Source of the DNA: Eledone cirrhosa
Lineage: Eukaryota
Length of the DNA: 64,000 nt
Direction of reading: 5' to 3'
Assembly (NCBI GenBank): GCA_964016885.1
Contig: CAXHJY010000455.1
Coordinates: forward strand, 1-64,000
Of this stretch, positions 1 to 13,574 are shown in pieces. How positions within the stretch are numbered: the first letter of the stretch is position 1; each line of letters opens with the position of its first letter. Below the pieces are notes generated by a model. It ran no database searches. It saw nothing but the letters and a program-made list of their open reading frames with translations, and was not told the origin of the DNA. The translations under genes and the position numbers were made by a program.

Positions 1-631
<631 letters not shown>

Positions 632-691
632 GCGGCGATGAATTAGTTTTGCGATGTTTTTTATATGAAATCGTGTGTCGAAACAGATATT

Positions 692-1004
692 GTTATATTT
701 GGGGAGGGTCATATTTGCGTAATATTGCCAGAATTAATAACAGAACACACTCACTGTTTGGTTGGTTTTCGCTTCTCGCTGTCTTTTATATATACATATC
801 TGCGATCTAACTTACTCGGTCCTCAATGTTGCCATTGACTGACCGGCGGTCAAAAATAATACAGATACAATATAGACAAACACATATATATATAGTTTAC
901 ATAATTTACATAAATCTTTCGTTGCACATCTGCAACATCGTCAGTGGTGTTATATTCATTGTTCCTCCTGTTGTGTTGTATGTCTACGCCATTTTTTTGT
1001 TCAG
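692..1004 (-). repeat. pLTR, left arm of 313-bp inverted repeat
   Basis: Reverse complement of 4038-4350, one mismatch seen. Confidence 0.95.
908..950 (-). ncRNA. hammerhead-ribozyme-like motif in pLTR
   Basis: CUGACGA-U-GUUGCA(GAUG)UGCAAC-GAAA; helices I and III weak. Confidence 0.6.
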
Positions 1005-1213
1005 TCTGTCTATATATTTATTTATTTATTTGCTTGTTTGTTTATCTTATTTTATTTTGTCTTCTCTGCGCATGCGTTTGCGTGTGTATAGTGTTATGTG
1101 TGATGTGTGACTAGTGTGTATAATGTTGTGTCTGCTGGGTGACTAGTGTGTGTTTATGTGCTTGTGTATGTATTTATTTATCTTATTTTATTTAATTTAA
1201 TTTACTTATTTAT

Positions 1214-1745
1214 TTATACTTCTCTTAGGTCAGTGTTGTTTGTTTGGGTGATGTTGCTGTTCCACTCATTCTTTCTGTTTAGCTTTGGTCTTCTAATTTC
1301 TATTTCACTGGCCTCTCTGATTTGCCTATCTGCTGGGTCATTCCTATGTTTAGATATTATTCTAATTTCTATGTTGTCTATGTTACCGTCATGTTGTTGT
1401 CTAGCATGTTCGTATAGTACTGACCCGTTTTTTCGTCCTTTTAGTTCCCCCCAGTGTTGGTCTATCCTTTCACCTATGCTACGAGCTGTCTCACCTATGT
1501 ATGTTGTTGTCGTGTTTCTGCAAGTACCCTCTGTACATCTTATGCTATAGACTACGTTTCTAGTTTTACAGTTTATCCGGGGGTTCACCTTACATATGAT
1601 ACATTTCCTATTGGTACAGTGGGTTTTCTTAAAAGGGTAGGTTTTGCTGTCAGGGATTTTATGGTGGTTCCTGGCTTTTCTACCACCTTTATTTTTAAGT
1701 GGGTCTTTCTCAGGGCCTTTCTACACTGGTTAGCTAATTTCCCTC
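1214..1745 (-). pseudogene. Cys-rich linker plus GIY-YIG endonuclease of the PLE, frameshifted from the RT
   Basis: C-x4-C-x2-C linker, NVVYSIRC-x4-C...YIGETAR...R..QH...EH...H...E...LNRKNEW; 50-bp and 1-bp deletions relative to the copy at 17281-17480. Confidence 0.9.
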
Positions 1746-3964
1746 CATGATGTGGCCTTCCCTATCTTATGTCTAGCCCTATCTAAGCTATTCCATGATT
1801 TGCTCCTGTATAGTGGGCAAATTCCTTTCATGTCCAGTTCTATGAGGGTCTTATACTTTTCCATGGCTCCTTCGTATACTCTGACTCTGTCTCTTTGGTT
1901 GTAGCCAGAGAACTGCATGCGGTTGATGAAGTGTTGGATGTGTCCTTCCATTTCTGTTGGGTCGCACATGCTGGACACATTCTTCATCACTCGTACCAAA
2001 TCTGCGATCAGAATATTAAACTTAGCACTACTGGACATTGCTGAGTTTTTGAGTATCAGGTATTTGGAGGCCATGGGTTTAGCATAGTGTGAGTGGAGAA
2101 TTTTGGCTCTCTCGTCTATAGTGTTAATCCAGAGTTCTGTGTCTAATACAGATAGTCTATTGTTAGGGTGTTTGGAAGGGAAGTCTATAGTTACAGTTAT
2201 ACTCTGGTGTATGGAATTAGCTATCTGCTGGATGCTTTCCATCGTGCTACGTTCTAAATCAAACTTGTTAGTGCTCTCTAGTGGGGGTGTTCTTATAACT
2301 ATATTGATATCGTCTACATAACGAGAGTACATGATGAGGTCTATGGAGCTTTCATTAAGGAGATCTTTAAGTCTCCTTTCCCACCATACCATGAAAAGGT
2401 TGGCAACATCACCAGCTATGCTGACGCCGATGGCTGCTCCCTCATTTTGGGTGTAGATCTTCTCATTGAACTTAAATATGTGGCCCTTTAGGGTAGTTTT
2501 GATACTAGCCCCTATTGCATGTGCGACCATTTTTCTTACCTGATCAGTGTTTTGGGGGGTCCGTATAGCTTTGGTCCACCCAATCCACCTTCCTATGGGA
2601 GTCATTTTAGCCATTGAGGTTATGGTGGGGGGTCTACCTCTTATAGGTCTACTAGGGCAGAAACATCTAAGATCATGGCTGTCTAGGTAGTCAGTGTCGT
2701 AGGTAAGTCTAAGTAGGAGGCCCAGTTCGTCTGTGTCGACGTCGCAGAACTCCACCTCACTCTCAATGATCATCTCCACACATCTTTTCACAGCAAAATC
2801 AATGTTAATGGATGGGTACAGTGACACCACATCCATGCTGCCTATTATGCAGTTGGATAGACTCCTGTTTTTGTTGCACTCACTGATTCTGCTGAGGAGG
2901 TCCTCTGTACTTTCACATACATCTGGGGACATCTTGATTATGGGGCGTATAACCATTGAGAGGAAGTAGGAGATCCTGTAGTTGCTAGCTATATTAGCTC
3001 CGCATACGGGTCTTGTTGGTGGTCCTGTTGTCGGGTCGTCGACTGTCTTGTGGTCTTTGCGGAGCCCATACAAGGGTGGTATGCCATTGTTAGACGCCTG
3101 GAAGTTGTTGGCAGTGCGTCTGCTTGGCTTTAGGATGTCAGTCCACATCATCATGTGAGCGTTGAGGATTTTTTCTCTCCCATCGTGTGTTAGTTGTGCA
3201 ACTTCGCTCGTGTTGGTGATGTGGGGTTGCATTGCCTCGATGTAGTTCGGCATGCTATCTATTGACATCCTACCAGACTTATCTGTGGGTAGACACACTA
3301 CCTCACCATCCCTTGTGCGCTGCTTGAGGCTAACCAAGCCTTCTACAGGTTTTATCCCAAGTTGTTGGGCCTCTGGTCTGCTCTGTCTCATAGTGTACCT
3401 GTCTACTACTTGTCTAATCTTATTTCTAGCTATGGTGAACTGTGCCTCCGTCTCGTCATCTATTTGCTGTGGTATGCAAACTCTTTTATTAAAGGGTAAC
3501 CTCGTAGGATAGATATTACCCATCTTATATGTTTTGTCAGCTGGGTTGAAAAATAGTTTCTCTAAGGGGTTGTCGTTATTTCTATCGTCATAGTTGTGTG
3601 TGTTGTTATTATTGTTATCATGGTGGTTGTTGTTGTTTCTATCATTAGCATTAATATTATTATTGTTATGATTGCTAGATGTATTGTTGTTTACTTCACC
3701 GTTATTGTTGTTGTTGTTACTGCTATTTCTACCATTGTGGTTGTTACTATTATTATGTTTCTTGTTTTTGTTGATGTTGCTACATGTACTATTTCCATTA
3801 TTACCACTGTGGTTATTGTTGTTGTTGTTGTTCGTATTGTTACCGTTATTACTACTGTGGTCACTGTTGCTGTATCTGTGGTTAACGTTTCTATTATTAT
3901 TATTATTGTGGTTGTTGTTGTTCTGTCTATCGCTAGTATTATTACCATTATCACTATTTCTCAC
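1730..3964 (-). CDS. PLE reverse transcriptase (Asn-rich N-terminal part; ends early because of a deletion frameshift)
   Basis: Motifs PTDKSGR, LYGLRKDHK, RPVCG, SMDVVSLYPSI, GAAIGVSIAGDVANLFM, RYVDD, VLDTELW; no natural start, frame stays open up to the 5' junction. Confidence 0.9.
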   Translation of the reverse strand: MRNSDNGNNTSDRQNNNNHNNNNNRNVNHRYSNSDHSSNNGNNTNNNNNNNHSGNNGNSTCSNINKNKKHNNSNNHNGRNSSNNNNNNGEVNNNTSSNHNNNNINANDRNNNNHHDNNNNNTHNYDDRNNDNPLEKLFFNPADKTYKMGNIYPTRLPFNKRVCIPQQIDDETEAQFTIARNKIRQVVDRYTMRQSRPEAQQLGIKPVEGLVSLKQRTRDGEVVCLPTDKSGRMSIDSMPNYIEAMQPHITNTSEVAQLTHDGREKILNAHMMMWTDILKPSRRTANNFQASNNGIPPLYGLRKDHKTVDDPTTGPPTRPVCGANIASNYRISYFLSMVIRPIIKMSPDVCESTEDLLSRISECNKNRSLSNCIIGSMDVVSLYPSINIDFAVKRCVEMIIESEVEFCDVDTDELGLLLRLTYDTDYLDSHDLRCFCPSRPIRGRPPTITSMAKMTPIGRWIGWTKAIRTPQNTDQVRKMVAHAIGASIKTTLKGHIFKFNEKIYTQNEGAAIGVSIAGDVANLFMVWWERRLKDLLNESSIDLIMYSRYVDDINIVIRTPPLESTNKFDLERSTMESIQQIANSIHQSITVTIDFPSKHPNNRLSVLDTELWINTIDERAKILHSHYAKPMASKYLILKNSAMSSSAKFNILIADLVRVMKNVSSMCDPTEMEGHIQHFINRMQFSGYNQRDRVRVYEGAMEKYKTLIELDMKGICPLYRSKSWNSLDRARHKIGKATSWREIS

Positions 3965-4091
3965 TTTCCTGCCATTGTTATGGTTATGGCTGTTATTTCT
4001 ATACCCTGTTATTTCTATACCCTGTTATTTCTATACCCTGAACAAAAAAATGGCGTAGACATACAACACAACAGGAGGAACAATGAATATA

Positions 4092-4134
4092 ACACCACTG
4101 ACGATGTTGCAGATGTGCAACGAAAGATTTATGT
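4092..4134 (+). ncRNA. hammerhead-ribozyme-like motif in inverted pLTR
   Basis: Same sequence as 908-950. Confidence 0.6.
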
Positions 4135-4199
4135 AAATTATGTAAACTATATATATATGTGTTTGTCTATATTGTATCTGTATTATTTTTGACCGCCGG

Positions 4200-4232
4200 T
4201 CAGTCAATGGCAACATTGAGGACCGAGTAAGT
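4200..4232 (+). promoter_or_regulatory. putative pLTR initiator (TCAGTC), ATG and 5' splice donor (GTAAGT)
   Basis: TCAGTCaATGGCAACATTGAGGACCGA/GTAAGT; PLE pLTRs are known to carry the promoter and a 5' intron; mirrored at 810-842 (-). Confidence 0.45.
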
Positions 4233-4350
4233 TAGATCGCAGATATGTATATATAAAAGACAGCGAGAAGCGAAAACCAACCAAACAGTGAGTGTGTTCT
4301 GTTATTAATTCTGGCAAAATTACGCAAATATGACCCTCCCCAAATATAAC

Positions 4351-6575
<2,225 letters not shown>

Positions 6576-6864
6576 GTTAAAAGAATAGAGGTGTAACACA
6601 CAAGTTATTATATATTGGTAAACGGAATAGAAAATGCTGACAAATTGTTCACAGTTGAAAAATGGTGTAATTAGGAATAAAAGAGTATTAGTGATTGTAT
6701 GGGTTAGTATTCAGTTGTGGTTTTAAGTTTTTAAGTTTTTACCGGTTGCTCATTTCTAAATGCTTTTCAAAGATAATTTTGAGATAGAGTGTCCGTGCAA
6801 TCACTAATACTCTTTTATTCCTAATTAAACCATTTTTCAAATGTGAACAATTTGAACAACTGTG

Positions 6865-7635
6865 AACCCGCCATATAATCAGGATGTATCAACTAATATC
6901 CCTAGGTCTTTCTTCACTATCTTGGAGAAAAATGTCCCCCCTTCTCACAAATACCATGGTATTTTTAATAAAAATGTTATTAAACTCTCATTCTCTACCA
7001 CCCCTAATATTAGTTCTCATTTAGCTAGCACTAATAATAGGAAAATTAGGGATGGATTCTCCTCTCTACATACTACTAGTCTGATGCATCGGACAATGCT
7101 TTACCACCAGAACAGTCCTTATCTAATAGAGGTCCTATGTGCAATACATCACCACTCGAGCCAACCAATAACACCCGGAAGTGCAATTGTAGAGTGAGTG
7201 CTAACTGCCCTCTAAACGGTAACTGCCTTTCTAAGAACATTGTCTATGCTTGCGAGGTTATAACTAATTCCTCTAAAAGAACGTATATAGGATCTACTTC
7301 AAACACTTTTAAGACTAGGTTTAACTCTCATATCTCTAACTTCAAACATGTTAGGTTTAAGAATTCTACCTCTCTAGCGCATTATATCTGGGATGTTAAG
7401 GGAGCTTATATACCATATAGCCTTAACTGAAGTTTAGTAGCACGATCTAACCACCTTTCTGCACATAGTAAGTTTTGTAATCTCTGTATACTTGAGACAC
7501 ACTCTATTATTTTCTCTAGCGTACCCTTACTGAATAGAAAGTCTGAGATATTCTCTTCTTGCCCCCATGCCATTTCTAATTCTTACTTTTATTATAAACC
7601 CAAATGTTCTAGTAGTACAAATTGTACCCATTAGC
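6865..7635 (+). pseudogene. PLE C-terminal GIY-YIG endonuclease fragment
   Basis: ORFs 6862-7197 and 7137-7430 joined by a frameshift; TGA at a conserved Trp position (7428). Confidence 0.85.
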
Positions 7636-9161
7636 AGATATATTCCATTACTTAGTTTTTTGTTTGGGTTCTTTTGTTTGCCAACATTAATGTTATCATT
7701 GGTTTTTGATGACTCTTCATTCTAGCTCTCATAATCATTTGGCCACTGTACAATATCTATGTCTTCACTATTACACCTTGTTAATATACATAAGATTACA
7801 CAATTTACGCCACTTACGTTATTCTATTATTATCTTTATATTTTTTTACTATTATTAACTTTAATTTTAATTTTAATATTATTTTTATTTCTATTTTTAA
7901 TTCTATTTTTATTTCTAAGTCTATTCTGATTTATCTATCGACAACCCCCCCCCCCCCCTCCCCCCATGCACACATAAACTTATTGTCAACCCCTCCAGAT
8001 TGAATATGATTATATTTAAACCCCTCCCCCTCTTTTATGCTCCGTTCTATTATTTATTATAGCATATCGAATATATTTTATGCCACTTCGCACCCTCCAT
8101 ATGTTTTATTAATTCTGTCCCCATTAGCCTACCTTAACTCTACTTAAGTCAGTTTTTTAGATATCGTTGCGTATATGATAGTGTAATTTTATTCCTTTTT
8201 GTAAACATTTGTAATGATACATTAAAGTTTATATACTTTAATGACTTAAACTATAGCTAATATTATACTACCTTATCGGAAGGGTTCGATATTTTTAATA
8301 TTAATTTATCAGATAGGGTTTGGAGTCATTTAAAATGATCGCTTTCCTTGGTGTTTACCTAATTTCTTAATGCACGCGAGGCATAAATGTGTATACATTT
8401 GCTTTTGTTTTGTAATTTCCGGTTGATTGTATTTATTTGTTTTATTCTATATTCTATTTACTATTCACTGTCTGGCTTCGCTCACTCATCCACACATGTC
8501 TGTCTACTAACCTTGTAATGATAAGTATTTATATATTTTATGCCAATTTTAAAATATATTACATTATGATATAGATCCTTATTACTTACCGTTCATTATA
8601 TATAACATTATGATATTTAAACTTTATATATCATGTAAGATGTCTGGATTTTTTTAAATATTTTAATATTGTGATATGTAACATTATGATATTTAGACTT
8701 TACATATCATGTTAGATGTCTGTATATTTTTTTCTGTAACATCATATTTTTTCTGTAACATCATAATTTTTCCCTGTACCATTATAGTTTTTTTGAGTAT
8801 TATATGATTTATATTTCCTCATTTATTATGTAACCCAGTATGAATCATTTTGTCTATATTGTTTATGGTAATTGTTAATATAATGTTAACATTTTATCAT
8901 TGTATTTCATTGTGACATCTATATTGTTTCTGTAAATTAACCGGGGATTATCTATTCTACTTTATTATATTGTATTGAATTATATAATGTTGTTGTTTAT
9001 TATTTGTTATACGTGTTTCTTATAATTATATCATATTATGGCCTCATGTATATTGGGTAGATGTATTAGTATTATTTTCACTATTACCATGCTTATTTTT
9101 AATATTCAAACTTCTAATAGGGCTTAATTTCTGTGTAATAGAACATAGATATGTGTATTGT

Positions 9162-9213
<52 letters not shown>

Positions 9214-9543
9214 CATATATACATGTATATATTGTACCTTTTGATTTTTAATTTGGAATTTTAATGTTGGTATAAATATATTATTATTATAATGTATTAT
9301 ATTGTGTTATATATAATTCCTGCTCTATATAACCAAATTTGTTTAGATTTAGGTTGGTGGCTTGGGACTATATTTGTAATATGGTTCTTAATGTTATCTA
9401 CATCCTTAGTTATTAAATTTTATTATTATATCTTTATTTTCATTTTTATTATCGTATATCTTTGCAAGACATTAGTGTATGTACACTCCATATTCTTCAG
9501 ACTTTCTGGCTTGTATCTGCTGTTATTACATCTTGTTGTTTTG

Positions 9544-9588
9544 ATTGCCCTGATGAGTCCTTAATAGGACGAAAGATTGTCGGCTAAT
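9544..9588 (+). ncRNA. type I minimal hammerhead ribozyme
   Basis: GCC-CUGAUGA-GUCCU(UAAU)AGGAC-GAAA-GAUU-GUC/GGC, followed by AATAAA. Confidence 0.8.
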
Positions 9589-9633
9589 AAAAACTTTTGA
9601 TGTATTAAAGGATTATTTGTTTTACCCTCTTAA

Positions 9634-10491
<858 letters not shown>

Positions 10492-10566
10492 ACTTTGAAA
10501 TGTTTTGGCCAGTATTGGCCCAGGCCATGTCTAACTTAATAGCACCACCTGGCGAAGTCTTTCAAT

Positions 10567-13512
10567 TCAGGATTTGGGCACCATGGCCCATTCGAGAAGA
10601 GAATTACTGTTTGCGGAGACATATCCGGGTGTGGGTGGTTTGTCCGGGATTACTTGGAGGAATTTGTCCAAAGACTTCTTGAATTTTGTGTGGTCAGTTT
10701 CTGTTTTGACGTGTCCTGGTGTGATGTTGAAGAGAGCAGGGCCGATTGAGGTGAAATAATTGTGCCGTATTGTTGTTATGAGTTGCGATTTAGATTTTTG
10801 AATGGGACGGATAGCACGGGGCCCAAGCCTTGGGTGTATCTTGAAGGCGATGCCAACATCATTTGGGCAGTGATGATGGAACATTTTCCACATCATGCAG
10901 ATAATATAACGCTCACGGCGACGTTGGAGTGAGTAAAGTTTCAGGTTTTCCAATCGACCCCAGTAGTCATGGTCTGACATGCCATCTATCTTTTTCGTGA
11001 TTGCCCTTTGAGGAGCTTCAAGTTTCATGATACTTTGTTTCGTGTGGGGAGACCACAGTGGACAACAGTATTCAAGGTGTGGTCGGGCGAAAGTAGAGAA
11101 GAGAAGGATAATGGTGCGGGAATCTCTCGACTGGAAGGTTCTGAGGATCCAGGAACACATTCTGCGGGCCATGTCAACTTTGCTGCTTATATGCGTGGTC
11201 CAGCTTATGTTGCTGTCCACGGTTACTCCCAAGTCTCTGATGTTGTTAGATGCCACGAGAGTTTCCCCGGAGGGAAGGGAGTACGGGAGTTTCAGAGCAT
11301 CCTCTTTTCCAAAGTGGATCAGTTCGAATTTGTCTTCGTTCAGTAACATGTTGTTCTTTTCTGCCCATTGGGTAACAGCCAGTAGGTCTGACTGAAGGCT
11401 TATCCGGTCATCCACGCCATTGATGACCTTTTGGAGCTTGGAATCATCAGCGAAAATTTTAATGTTGCTGTGTTTGATGATGTCAGTGATGTCATTAATA
11501 TAGATGATGAAGAGAAGTGGGCCCAACACAGTGCCTTGTGGGACTCCACTACTGACTTTGGCTGGGCTTGATTTGACTCCCTCAACTACAACATGTTGGG
11601 TTCTGTTTGACAGGAAGCTCTTGATCCACTGCAGCAGCTTTCCAGTGACACCAATATTGGACAGCTTTCTCAGTAGAATGTTATGATCAACCCTGTCAAA
11701 GGCCTTGCTGAAATCAAGGTAGATAACATCAGTGTTGGAACCCTCTCCCAAGGCTCTCAAAATGTCATCAAAGTGATGCAGTAGTTGCGTCAGGCAATCC
11801 CTTCCATTACGGAATCCATGCTGGTTGGAGTTCAGCATATTGTTACTCTCAAGGAAGTGGGTCATTCGCGATCTCACCACTCGCTCAAATACCTTAATGA
11901 TATGAGAGGTGAGTGAGATTGGACGGTAATTCACGGCAAGGGATTTGTTTCCCTTTTTGAAAACTGGGACAACAGACTGGGATAGAAGGTTTTCTGGCAC
12001 ATATCCAGCATCCAGTGAGTTCCGCCACAGATTGGCAAGAGGAGAAGCAAGTTGGTGTTGACACGCCTTCAAGACACAAGCAGGGAACCTATCGGGACCT
12101 ACTGCTGAATTATGCTTGATTTCCTTTATTGCCGCCAAGACATCAGGGGCGCCAAACGTTATGTCCGATAAGGTGTAATGGGGAGTAACATCGCCGATAC
12201 AGCCCAGATCGGCCATATCAGGATTGCTGAAAACAGAGCAGTATTGTTTCTGCAGTATCTCACCCATGGTTTTAGCATTGTCTTGAAGAGTGCCATTTTC
12301 ATCAATTAGAGGGCCAACAGTAGAGCCAGTGATTTTGTGTTTTTTTGCAAATGAAAAGAACACTTTGGGATTGAGTTTGATCTTCTCAATGGCCCAGGCC
12401 TCTTCAGCTCTTCTCTGATTGTTGATGAGGGACATTATGTTGTTTTGGAGGTTATGTTTTTTAATCTCTAGTGATGAAATGGCAGTCAAGTTGATGTGTT
12501 GCTGCTGACAGTATTTCAGATTGTTGATTTTTTTGTTCGTTCTCTTAATTTTTCTGATGAGCGTTTTTCTATTTCTAGGGATTCTGCTCTTAGATTTGTT
12601 TATAGTTCTTAATGGGGTGTGTTTAGCACATATGTGTGTAACAGTGTCCACAAATGTCTGCCAGGACTTTTTGATGTTAGTGGGTGTATGAGTGTGCGTG
12701 AAGGACCAGTCGACATGTGCAAGATCATGACTGATCGCTTCCCAGTTTGCATTGTGGAAATCCATAGCGTCAAACGGATGGACAGGAGAAATGACATTGG
12801 GTTTGTATATTGGACGGTGGAATCTCAGATCACAGAGAACCATGTCATGATCAGAGAGTAGAGTTTTCTCCACTGCAATATTGTGGATATTGTCAGTGTG
12901 ATTGCTGAAAATTAAGTCTAGGACGTTTTTGTGGCACCTCGTTGGTTCGAGCACTAGTTGGGATAGGAAGAAATCATCCATGAAGTCAAGAAGCGATTCC
13001 ACAGCTTCCCTGTCAGAGGTTGAGGCAGAAGAACCTGGTGGCAGGGTGTTTGTGGACCAGTCAACTCCGGGGAGGTTGAAGTCCCCCATCATTAAGATGT
13101 TGTCAGGGTGACACTCTTGGATGAAACACTTTATGCTGTTGAGGCATTCCTTGAAGCATGGTACAGGCGTTTGGGGTGGCCTATAGAGCCCAACTACTAA
13201 TAGGTTGTTGGTTTGACTGAATACAGTGACTGCCTCACAGTATCCATTAGTGAATATGTTCATAGCCTCTGTTGAGAAAGAATTATGGACATAAATGGCA
13301 GTTCCGCCCTTTCTTCTGCCAGCGCGATCAGCACGGATGGCTTTGAAATTTTTCACTTTCACCTCGGCTTCCAAGTGGAGGTTACTGAGATGGGTTTCAG
13401 TGAGGACGAAGAAAGGGATGTGGTTTGGATGGACATCAATCCAGTCCTCCAGGAATTTGATCTTCCATTTTTGAGTATTGGTGGAAGGGCTGATGCCTTG
13501 GGCGTTAAGCAA
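10567..13512 (-). CDS. LINE ORF2: apurinic-like endonuclease plus reverse transcriptase
   Basis: LLNAQG, LTETHL, YRPP, MGDFNLP, LDL, SDH; [43 protein letters not shown]; no AUG before the APE domain. Confidence 0.95.
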   Translation of the reverse strand: MLNAQGISPSTNTQKWKIKFLEDWIDVHPNHIPFFVLTETHLSNLHLEAEVKVKNFKAIRADRAGRRKGGTAIYVHNSFSTEAMNIFTNGYCEAVTVFSQTNNLLVVGLYRPPQTPVPCFKECLNSIKCFIQECHPDNILMMGDFNLPGVDWSTNTLPPGSSASTSDREAVESLLDFMDDFFLSQLVLEPTRCHKNVLDLIFSNHTDNIHNIAVEKTLLSDHDMVLCDLRFHRPIYKPNVISPVHPFDAMDFHNANWEAISHDLAHVDWSFTHTHTPTNIKKSWQTFVDTVTHICAKHTPLRTINKSKSRIPRNRKTLIRKIKRTNKKINNLKYCQQQHINLTAISSLEIKKHNLQNNIMSLINNQRRAEEAWAIEKIKLNPKVFFSFAKKHKITGSTVGPLIDENGTLQDNAKTMGEILQKQYCSVFSNPDMADLGCIGDVTPHYTLSDITFGAPDVLAAIKEIKHNSAVGPDRFPACVLKACQHQLASPLANLWRNSLDAGYVPENLLSQSVVPVFKKGNKSLAVNYRPISLTSHIIKVFERVVRSRMTHFLESNNMLNSNQHGFRNGRDCLTQLLHHFDDILRALGEGSNTDVIYLDFSKAFDRVDHNILLRKLSNIGVTGKLLQWIKSFLSNRTQHVVVEGVKSSPAKVSSGVPQGTVLGPLLFIIYINDITDIIKHSNIKIFADDSKLQKVINGVDDRISLQSDLLAVTQWAEKNNMLLNEDKFELIHFGKEDALKLPYSLPSGETLVASNNIRDLGVTVDSNISWTTHISSKVDMARRMCSWILRTFQSRDSRTIILLFSTFARPHLEYCCPLWSPHTKQSIMKLEAPQRAITKKIDGMSDHDYWGRLENLKLYSLQRRRERYIICMMWKMFHHHCPNDVGIAFKIHPRLGPRAIRPIQKSKSQLITTIRHNYFTSIGPALFNITPGHVKTETDHTKFKKSLDKFLQVIPDKPPTPGYVSANSNSLLEWAMVPKS

Positions 13513-13574
13513 AAATGTAGAGGCGAGAGTGGATGGTTTTAATTGTTTTGGTGTGTTGTTAATTTATTTGTTTG

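Larger units (their letters stand above)
632..4350 (-). mobile_element. Penelope-like retroelement (family A), 5'-truncated, with an inverted pseudo-LTR, inserted in (TA)n
   Basis: RT ORF 1730-3964, GIY-YIG 1214-1650, 313-bp inverted repeat 692-1004/4038-4350, HHR core in the repeat, both ends abut TA. Confidence 0.93.
4038..4350 (+). repeat. inverted pLTR, right arm
   Basis: Reverse complement of 692-1004. Confidence 0.95.
6576..9633 (+). mobile_element. 5'-truncated PLE (family B): thumb/linker plus GIY-YIG, long AT-rich 3' region and terminal HHR
   Basis: NPPYN...KLSFSTTPN; CNCR..CPLNGNCL..NIVY..YIGSTSNTFKTRF..H; CNLC..E; HHR at 9544-9588; ends at TA. Confidence 0.85.

Noticed and set aside
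1645-1750. The -50 and -1 deletions put RT and GIY-YIG back in the same frame
   Set aside because: Two stops (TAA, TAG) lie between them, so no fusion is restored; probably coincidence
3596-4192. Hydrophobic poly-Val/Ile/Leu ORFs
   Set aside because: Antisense readings of the Asn-rich PLE region
692-4350. Inverted repeats as DNA-transposon TIRs
   Set aside because: The interior encodes RT plus GIY-YIG rather than a transposase, and the arms are PLE 3' sequence
7428-7430. In-frame TGA in a PLE endonuclease as possible selenocysteine
   Set aside because: It falls at a conserved Trp (TGG to TGA) in an already frameshifted copy; family A ORF has no in-frame TGA
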